Positions 56,730-64,000 of a stretch of 64,000 nt of DNA are shown here, piece after piece (the first letter of the stretch is position 1; each line of letters opens with the position of its first letter). The position numbers were made by a program, and so were the translations under genes. The stretch comes from an uncultured Veillonellaceae bacterium (GTDB lineage: Bacteria; Bacillota; Negativicutes; JARBTT01), in NCBI GenBank assembly GCA_963805085.1, contig CAWDTA010000005.1:256001-320000 (forward strand). The letters are read 5' to 3'. The notes beneath the pieces are model-generated. The model saw only the letters and a program-made list of their open reading frames with translations. It was not told where the DNA came from and searched no databases.

Positions 56730-57932
56730 ATGGCAAAACGTAGTAATGGTGAAGGTACTGCTTATTATGATAAAAATCGTCAGCGATGGGAAGCTCAAGC
56801 AACATATAAAGATGCTGACGGTAATGTTAAACGTAAAAAATTTACGGCTAAAACTCAACGTGAAGTTAACAAGAAAAAATCAGAATGGCAAAAAAATTTA
56901 AATGATGGCTTACTACCGGAAGCGGATAAGTTAACTGTTGGTATGTGGGTTGAAAGATGGTTAGAGGATTTCGTAAAACCATCTGTTAGAATTAAAACAT
57001 ATGAAAAATATTATGCTTGTATGAAATATATTAGAGCTAAATTTGAAGATGTATTAATTACTAAGATATCTGTACCTGATGTACAACGTTTATTTAATGA
57101 GTTGATTATTTCAGGCGGTGAGAATAATCAAGGGCTCTCTTCATCTACAGTACGTGGTATAAGACGGTATTTTATTGCTTGTTTAGAAAAAGCAGTTAAA
57201 CTTGGCTTTTTAGTAAAAAATCCTGCAAAGTTAACAGATCCACCGAGATTAACTAAAAATGAGATTCATCCCTTAAATAAAGAACAAGCAAAATTTTTAT
57301 TAGATACTGCTAGAAATGCTGCAAAAATAGGTCTGGAAAATAGACGGAAAAATGCTGAAATGTCCGAGTGTGATGTGTACATTGGTGTATACATTGCTTT
57401 ATCAACAGGTATGCGGTTAGGAGAAGTTTTGGGCTTAAAGTGGGATGATATTTATTTTGACCGTAATATAATTACAGTAAGGCGTTCGAGAGTAGCTACT
57501 AGTCATGGAGTCAGCATCGAAGAACCCAAAACAGGTGTTGCCCGCAAAATTCCTATCCATGACGACTTAACTAAAGCATTAAAGAAGCACCAGAAGTATC
57601 AAGCGTGGCATAAAGCTATTCTGGGCGACAAATATGAAGAAAGTGGTTGGGTGATTGCCGGTTCTTTTGGTAGAAATTATTATCCGAAGCATTTTTCATA
57701 TAGAAAATATAAAAAGTTATTAGAAGCGGCTGGAATAGATAAAACTTTTACATTTCATGACTTACGTCATACTCACGCTAGCTTGCTTTTACTTGATGGG
57801 ATTAATCCTAAAATTGTACAAGAGCGATTGGGGCATTCAAGTATAGAAATGACACTTGATACATATTCGCATTTATTACCGGATACTCAAGATGTAGCAG
57901 TTAAAGCTGTATCGACATTTTTAGTAGGATAA
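56730..57932 (+). CDS. tyrosine integrase (ICEBs1/Tn916-like)
   Basis: MAKRSNGEG N-terminus; TGMRLGE, FHDLRHTHA, RLGHS, TLDTYSH catalytic motifs intact. Confidence 0.96.
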   Translation: MAKRSNGEGTAYYDKNRQRWEAQATYKDADGNVKRKKFTAKTQREVNKKKSEWQKNLNDGLLPEADKLTVGMWVERWLEDFVKPSVRIKTYEKYYACMKYIRAKFEDVLITKISVPDVQRLFNELIISGGENNQGLSSSTVRGIRRYFIACLEKAVKLGFLVKNPAKLTDPPRLTKNEIHPLNKEQAKFLLDTARNAAKIGLENRRKNAEMSECDVYIGVYIALSTGMRLGEVLGLKWDDIYFDRNIITVRRSRVATSHGVSIEEPKTGVARKIPIHDDLTKALKKHQKYQAWHKAILGDKYEESGWVIAGSFGRNYYPKHFSYRKYKKLLEAAGIDKTFTFHDLRHTHASLLLLDGINPKIVQERLGHSSIEMTLDTYSHLLPDTQDVAVKAVSTFLVG

Positions 57933-58607
57933 TGTTAATAGTTAGTGGGGACTCATCCGTTTTAAACGTGAATGAGTCTTATTTTTTCTAAAAATGAAAT
58001 TTACTGTTGATTGTCGAATTTGGGATTAGTGTTTCAGTATAGATATAATTAAGCATGGTGTGTTTAATTATATCTATATTAGATGAGATTTTTTGTTCCT
58101 AAGCTATAGCTGGATTATGTTATATTTAAGAGAGAACGTTGGTTAATTACATTAAATGATAAATTAGCATTTAATTCGACAAAACTTGCAAATAATACAT
58201 GATATTATAAAAAAATATGGCATTATTTATATTGTATATGATGGATATGAAGAAGATGGGGTCAATTGAAAAGGTGTTTGACAACTATTCTTATGGTGTA
58301 TTTGTCTTGGTATTTGCGGTGTCAACTCTTTGTATACTAAAGGCTTAGGCGTACGCCCAATATCTCAATGGGGATACCAATTATGTGTTTTTATATAGTT
58401 TGGTGTTACAAAGTATTGGGACAAGAGTTCGGTAGTTGTTAAGGAAAACAATAAAATGATCATGAGTTTACAGAAAAGTTGTGAATCTTGTCATTCTATT
58501 TGTAATTTTGAAAGGACTTTTTCTTTATTATGATAAACATCTAATACTACAGACGAAAAAATGAATGATTATTTTACTTTATGATAAGCGATTGGAGTGG
58601 GTGGTTC

Positions 58608-60395
58608 ATGAGTATTCAGCTTAAAGACCTCGTTAATGATCAAGAATTCATAGATAGGATGAATCAAGCATTTGCTGATTTGAGAGCTGACTATGAGTTA
58701 AGTCTAGATACTAGTAAGAAAAAGATTACAGAGCTTCAACAAGTTCATGTGGATTATAAAAGTAATTTATCTGATTTAATTTCATACTCAATAAAGTCTA
58801 GTGGTGTAGTTACTGGGTTAAGAGGCACTGGTAAAACGCACTTGTTCTTACTTGCGAGGGAAGCGATAAACCAAGATATTCAAAAAAATGGAGCAATAGC
58901 ATTATATTTAAACGTTAAAAGGCTTCACATTCCACAAGGATATGATCAAGAAATATTTAACAGAGTTTTTAGCATATTCTTATATGATGAGTTTTCTAAA
59001 CAATTGATTGGCTTATTGGAAGAACTAAGTAGCGGAACAATTTTAGACAAAATATTACAATTGTTTAACAACGATAAGCGTGACTTGATAAAAGCGATAG
59101 GTGAAGCTATTGCTCGGCTTGCTGTATTTTCTAGTGTTGTTCATGAGGGGAGCCAAAAAATAACAAACTTAGATAAGGGAACGCAGTCTGAGGAAGAGAC
59201 AACGAAGGCGTTGATAAAGCTTCATAATGATTTAGTCGCTAAAATAGGGCTGAAGACTACTGAAGTTACTAATAATATCTCTGTAGAATATCTAGATGAA
59301 CTAACTAGCAAAGTATCGACCAATAACACATATGTTAGTTATCTGAATATCCAAGACGTAAGAAATCAGCTGATTAACGTGTTGAAAATATTAAAGCTAT
59401 CTTCAATAACTTTCTATGTAGATGAGTGGGAAAAGTTGTATTATGATCCTAAACTTCAGCAATATTTAGCTTTTTATATTGATCGAATCATAGACACACC
59501 ATTTTACTTTTGGATAGGCGTAGTTCCTCAACGTGGGAAATTGTATAACCTTGAAAATGGATCTGATTTACAACATTACATAAATTTAGACGAAGGTTTA
59601 GTGTATGAGAATTCTAAGCAAGAAAAGTCAAATTGCATAGTGTATTTTAAGAATTTTGTTAATAAAAGGCTACTGTATTATTTTAATGATTCTGAATATG
59701 AATTGTCGATTTTATTCAATAACGATAAAAACTTTGAGTTATTAGTTTTAGCTAGCATGGGTAATTCCAGAGATTTTGGTACGATGTTACTGCATTGTTG
59801 GTCTGAGTATAAGTCGTATAGAACTAATAATCTTATGCCCGGTCGTCCTTATCAGTACATCAGTCATCCTATGATCATAGATGCAATAAAAAATAATGGG
59901 GATAAGAAGTTTAGTAATATAAAAGATGACGCTATATTATTAAAGATATGGAAGGATGTTGAAAATTATTGTATTTCTAAAAAATCTAGTCATTTTGCCA
60001 TTGAAGAGACGAAAGAAAATCTAGAAATTTTATCTTCAAAAGGCTTTTCTGAATTGAGTTATCACCGACTTTTGCATTTTAGAAAAGGACATGTTCCTGC
60101 TAAAGATGCTGATATGCTTAATAAGCTTTCAATTTATGCGCTTAACTATGCTGGTATTTATGATTTACACGCAAAGAATAGGAAGCTGAAGTTTGTTGTT
60201 GAATATGATACTATTCATGATAAGGTTAGAAGGTATATATATAACCCAAAAGCAATCATAGAAAGTATTAAGATTAAGGCGGGGGAAATATTTCCTTGCA
60301 AGAGCTGTGATGAGAATATATATCCTGAAAAAATGATATCTGCTTGGGAGAAGAATTCCTGCCCTTTTTGTGGCGGAAACATTTACAACAAGTAA
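58608..60395 (+). CDS. orphan P-loop ATPase (ORC/CDC6- or STAND-like) with C-terminal Zn ribbon
   Basis: GLRGTGKT Walker A, ITFYVDEWE Walker B, ASMGNSRDF, CKSC...CPFC. Confidence 0.75.
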   Translation: MSIQLKDLVNDQEFIDRMNQAFADLRADYELSLDTSKKKITELQQVHVDYKSNLSDLISYSIKSSGVVTGLRGTGKTHLFLLAREAINQDIQKNGAIALYLNVKRLHIPQGYDQEIFNRVFSIFLYDEFSKQLIGLLEELSSGTILDKILQLFNNDKRDLIKAIGEAIARLAVFSSVVHEGSQKITNLDKGTQSEEETTKALIKLHNDLVAKIGLKTTEVTNNISVEYLDELTSKVSTNNTYVSYLNIQDVRNQLINVLKILKLSSITFYVDEWEKLYYDPKLQQYLAFYIDRIIDTPFYFWIGVVPQRGKLYNLENGSDLQHYINLDEGLVYENSKQEKSNCIVYFKNFVNKRLLYYFNDSEYELSILFNNDKNFELLVLASMGNSRDFGTMLLHCWSEYKSYRTNNLMPGRPYQYISHPMIIDAIKNNGDKKFSNIKDDAILLKIWKDVENYCISKKSSHFAIEETKENLEILSSKGFSELSYHRLLHFRKGHVPAKDADMLNKLSIYALNYAGIYDLHAKNRKLKFVVEYDTIHDKVRRYIYNPKAIIESIKIKAGEIFPCKSCDENIYPEKMISAWEKNSCPFCGGNIYNK

Positions 60396-60535
60396 AGTAA
60401 TATTCAAACATTGGGAAAATATCAAGCGATTATATGAATTTATGAATTTTTTTAATGACTTATATAAAATAAAGAAAGAACAGAACGTTACCAATATTGA
60501 AGTATTGAGCTGCTGGTAAGAGTTTAACAAAAACA

Positions 60536-60558
60536 GGGGGGGCAACAAGGGGGGCAAT
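60536..60558 (+). repeat. GGGGGGCAA tandem pair, probable integrase arm site (right)
   Basis: gggggggcaacaaggggggcaat, matching 41649-41670. Confidence 0.65.
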
Positions 60559-60692
60559 GGACTCAGATGAGTGAGAGAATATGTTGTAAAACTGAATGAA
60601 AATAGTGGACGAATAGGAAGAAAAGGTTCTAGAAGTACTGTAGTTATTGGACGTAAATTATCTTAAAAACAGCAAAAAAAGCCATTTGATGT

Positions 60693-60737
60693 CCTCCGAA
60701 GCCAGGGGCGTAGGTTCGATTCCTACCAGGCGCACCA
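60693..60737 (+). repeat. attR, duplicated 3' portion of tRNA-Arg(CCG)
   Basis: cctccgaagccaggggcgtaggttcgattcctaccaggcgcacca, 44/45 identical to 41534-41578; followed by terminator aagccttctagc...gctagaaggctt. Confidence 0.95.
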
Positions 60738-61392
60738 TAAGAAATTCAAGCCTTCTAGCGATTTTGCTAGAAGGCTTTTTTGATGGATTGTAAATCTTAT
60801 CTTGGGCTAAATGGTTATCAAATTCGAAGTAAGGGAAGTATTCATAGGTATCTTAGAATCATGATCATCAATTATACGTATTGTGCAAATTATATTCAAA
60901 TGGATCTTATCACTTTAATGCCTGATTTAAAAAAGAAAAAATCATTTTGATTTACGGGGCTGTCCCAAATGGTCAACCGATTGAGAAAATTTTTGAGTAC
61001 TTGAAAATAGTGTAATAAAATCCCCCACTATTTAACTGTAAAATTATTGAAGTAATAATACATTATTATAGTATATTATATTTTATGGAGAAATTAGGTA
61101 TGTATATTGAAGTTTATTCAGAGGATACAGAAAATTTGATTGGAATTAGTCGTATTGAATCTGCTATTTCGTATATGATCATGGTAATAAAAGATTGTTA
61201 GGAGTTGGTTGATAATTATGATTCTAATTACAGTTATAGAAACTATTTACATATAAATAGTTGATTATGTTGTGAAAGAAATGAAGTTGGATAAAAGTTT
61301 AATTCATATTGTGGATTGAATCATGTGAAGAATGGGGTTAGGTTTGATAGGAGGTCTTAATTTTATTTGGAATAATATATTTAGATTTTTTA

Positions 61393-61619
61393 CGACAATG
61401 CCGTAATCGAATCATTTTATCGCACATTAAAAAGCGGGCTTGTTCAGGATGATTCTTATGATAATCCGGAGCAAGCTCGCATGGAAATATTTAAATATAT
61501 TGAGACTTATTATAATACTAAACGCATACATTCGCATTGGAGTGGCTCAGTTTAGAGTAGTTTAAATTACAAAATTGTCAAAATTCTTAATTTTATGTCT
61601 ATTTTTCTTGAACTTTCCA
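61393..61619 (+). mobile_element. IS3-family remnant (OrfB C-terminus plus right end)
   Basis: DNAVIESFYRTLKSGLV...QARMEIFKYIETYYNTKRIHS; ends ...tgtctatttttcttgaactttCCA. Confidence 0.85.
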
Positions 61620-61624
61620 GTTTA

Positions 61625-62035
61625 TTACGAGAGATTCTTAATCATAGCAGAGATCACGCGTGAAAATAATTTCTGGTCATTTGGGGCAACTTGGTTAAAG
61701 AGTTGTTGTGTAAGGTGTTCGATGGATTCTTCAATCTGTTGATGTAAAGCTAAACTTTTTTTTGTAAGTAGGATTTTTTTATAACGGTGATCCGCGTCAA
61801 AAGGGGCGGTGGTAATGAGATTTTTTCGTTTCAGGCGATTAAGGATGCTGCTGATGGTTGGATGTGTAAGACCGAGAGTATGTTCGACATCTTTTTGGCA
61901 AATATCCTTTTTTTGGTTTCGAGCGAGATAACCGATAACACTTGCCTGTGCATAGGTCAAATCGAGTGGCTCCATATTGCGATTGAGAGCACGTTCGATT
62001 GCGGTATTGAGTATTTTGATATCCATTAAATTCAT
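61625..62035 (-). CDS. MarR-family transcriptional regulator
   Basis: LDLTYAQASVI, QKDVEHTLGLTHPTISSILNRLKRKNLI, DHRYKKILLT; RBS aaggag. Confidence 0.92.
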   Translation of the reverse strand: MNLMDIKILNTAIERALNRNMEPLDLTYAQASVIGYLARNQKKDICQKDVEHTLGLTHPTISSILNRLKRKNLITTAPFDADHRYKKILLTKKSLALHQQIEESIEHLTQQLFNQVAPNDQKLFSRVISAMIKNLS

Positions 62036-62048
62036 GATAATCTCCTTA

Positions 62049-62094
62049 TACGTTGTTTGCGACTTATTGTATCGAAGATCAAGTTATTTGTCAA
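62049..62094 (-). promoter_or_regulatory. marR promoter with overlapping operator
   Basis: Minus strand TTGACA-17-TACAAT, followed by AATAAGTCGCAAACAACGTA (operator variant). Confidence 0.7.
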
Positions 62095-63210
62095 CGAAAT
62101 TTAGAGTATTATAGTATTTCTTGTTATATGAAGTTTAACTGAGGTGTGCTAGGGATAAAACAGTAGAACTGAAAGAATTCTATTCAAATAAGTCGCAAAC
62201 GACTTATTTGCTGGGCTTACCTATTAAAAAATTTGTCTAATACATAAGAAGTGAGGAGCTAAAAAAGGACTTAAAACGAAAATCAGTGTCGATGGAAATG
62301 ATTTTTTAGATTTATTTGTCGGTAGTCTTATTGACAAATAAAACCTAAAGTATTATAGTAATTCTTGTTATATGAAGTTTTACTGGCGTGTGCTAGGGTT
62401 AAAACAGTAGAGCTGAAGGAATAATATATATCGTAGGTTACTTAGATTAGCGATCGTAAATGTAAGAATGTAGCATGAATAGTACTAAGTGGATCCGATG
62501 TTGAGGCCTATTCAAATAAGTCGCAAACGACTTATTTGTTGAGTATATCTATTAAAAAAATTGTCTAATACATAAGGAGGAAGGAGCTAAAAATGAACTT
62601 AAAGCGAGAATCAGTGCCGATGGAAATGATTTTTAGGTGTTGTATTTGTCGGTAGTCTTATTGACAAATAAAATCTAGAATATTATAGTAACGCTCATTA
62701 CTTAATTAATGGTTGTAAATATGAAAATGTAGCAAGGATAGTACAGCAACTGTTATTTAAGTAGATCTTTCGTTAAAACCTATTCAAGTAAGTCGCAAAC
62801 GACTTATTTGCTGGGTATACCTATTAAAAAAATTGCTTAATACATAAGGAGTAAGAAGCTAAAAATGAACTTAAAGCGAGAATCAGTGTCGATGAAAATG
62901 ATTTTTAGGTGTTGTATTTGTCGGTAGTCTTATTGACAAATAAAATCTAGAATATTATAGTAACGCTTATTACTTAATTAATGGTTGTAAATATGAAAAT
63001 GTAGCATGGATAGTACGGACAATGTGTGTGTGGTTTAATTGGCTCTTTTGTTGAAGTCTGTTCAAACAAGTCGCAAGCGACGTATTTAATGAGCGCATTT
63101 ATTTTTAAAAATTTACCTAATACGTAAGGAGTTAATTATTAATGAACTTAAAACGAAAATCGATGTCTATGGGAATAATTTTTTTAGGTGTTCTATTTGC
63201 AGGTGGTCTA
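62088..63210 (+). repeat. tandem array of four diverged promoter-operator-RBS-gene-start units
   Basis: Palindrome CAAATAAGTCG-caaa-CGACTTATTTG at 62185, 62513, 62785 and 63063 (last two variant); TTGACA-17-TATAGT at 62331, 62661, 62933; copies of the hlyD 5' end near 62265, 62593, 62865. Confidence 0.9.
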
Positions 63211-64000
63211 TTATTAACATACAAAGGAAATGATGCTATAGTGCTTGCCGTAGAAAAAAAAGATGGCATTCTGACAGCAGAACAGGTTAAGGTCGCTTTT
63301 GATTCGGTAGGTGGACGGCTAGTGAATGAGGCGGTTAAGGAATCACAAGAAGTCAAAAAAGGTGACATATTGATGGAACTCGATAGTACTGATATTGATC
63401 TTTCGATTGAAAAAATGAAGACACAGATTGCTCAGATTGATGCACAGATTAAGGCGAAAGGTGGTTCAATTGATATCGGTTATACGAAAGCTGATACAGA
63501 TGAAAAGCAGACACATCGCCAAATTGACCAACAGAAGGCTGCGGTTAGTGCTGCTTTGGCAACGTATCAGAACAAACTACTTGATTATAATCGAAAAGCT
63601 GCTTTAGCAGATTCTGGGGCTGTGGCACAGTCTGAACTTGATTCCGCACAAATGAATCTTGATGTTTCAGCAGCTGATGTCTCACAGCAGCAACACCTGC
63701 TGGAAAAATTATTAGCAGGTGCTAATGATAAGACGAATACGGATAGTATCGCTTTACCAACGATTGCTTTGCAACGTGAGGAGCTTAATAATGAGCAAAA
63801 CAATGTAGAGAATCTTATACAGCAGAAGAAAATGCTTGAGGTCCAACTAAAGGAGCTTTTGGTCAAAAAGGATCGCTTGACGCTACGGGCTCCAGAAGAT
63901 GGGAAGATTCTCAAGGTCATCGCGAAAAAAGGTGAAATGATTTCGGCGAATACGCCGGTGATTCTCATAGAAAGCAAGCGCTATTATTATGATATTTATT
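63142..64000 (+). CDS. HlyD-family secretion / membrane fusion protein, partial
   Basis: MNLKRKSMSMGIIFLGVLFAGGLLL TM; VKESQEVKKGDILMELD lipoyl half-motif, coiled coil, LTLRAPEDGKI; open to the window end. Confidence 0.88.
   Translation, partial: MNLKRKSMSMGIIFLGVLFAGGLLLTYKGNDAIVLAVEKKDGILTAEQVKVAFDSVGGRLVNEAVKESQEVKKGDILMELDSTDIDLSIEKMKTQIAQIDAQIKAKGGSIDIGYTKADTDEKQTHRQIDQQKAAVSAALATYQNKLLDYNRKAALADSGAVAQSELDSAQMNLDVSAADVSQQQHLLEKLLAGANDKTNTDSIALPTIALQREELNNEQNNVENLIQQKKMLEVQLKELLVKKDRLTLRAPEDGKILKVIAKKGEMISANTPVILIESKRYYYDIY

Larger units (their letters stand above)
41534..60737. mobile_element. ~19.2-kb integrative mobilizable element in tRNA-Arg(CCG)
   Basis: 45-bp direct repeat 41534-41578 / 60693-60737 with one mismatch; contains integrase, xis genes, P4/D5 helicase and relaxase; no T4SS or virion genes. 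Confidence 0.93.

Noticed and set aside
41534-60737. Prophage interpretation of the island
   Set aside because: No terminase, capsid, tail or lysis genes; a relaxase is present.
60955-61320. GGGGCTGTCCCAAA IS-like end and a degraded ORF
   Set aside because: No partner repeat or transposase similarity; too little to call.
62185-63088. Regularly spaced 26-bp palindromes as a CRISPR array
   Set aside because: The intervals are 250-300 bp and homologous to one another, and there are no cas genes; an operator array fits better.

Overview
A 64-kb low-GC chromosomal window from a Firmicute, most likely a spore-forming Negativicute (Selenomonadales/Sporomusaceae-like, inferred from the flagellin type and the co-occurrence of periplasmic-type systems with a T-box). 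1-41.5 kb is mostly core metabolism: nifJ (one frameshift), a decaying System I cytochrome c maturation / pentaheme cytochrome / Tat-flavoprotein module, a GlnK-GlnL-type two-component system facing a DASS transporter plus secreted asparaginase, a T-box-controlled ilvN-ilvC-leuACDB-ilvB operon, speE, an M29 aminopeptidase, tRNA-Asn/Glu/Val and niaR-niaP. A ~19.2-kb integrative mobilizable element sits in tRNA-Arg(CCG), bounded by 45-bp att repeats at 41534-41578 and 60693-60737. It carries a tyrosine integrase, three Xis-like genes, a P4/D5 helicase, RHH plus relaxase, a RosmerTA-like pair, DUF932, ERF, an XRE regulator coupled to an atypical flagellin, and an orphan P-loop ATPase with a Zn ribbon. 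The window ends with marR diverging from a HlyD-family gene across a ~1.1-kb tandem array of promoter/operator/gene-start units. Three IS3-family remnants are also present. All family calls are by eye from motifs; no searches were run.
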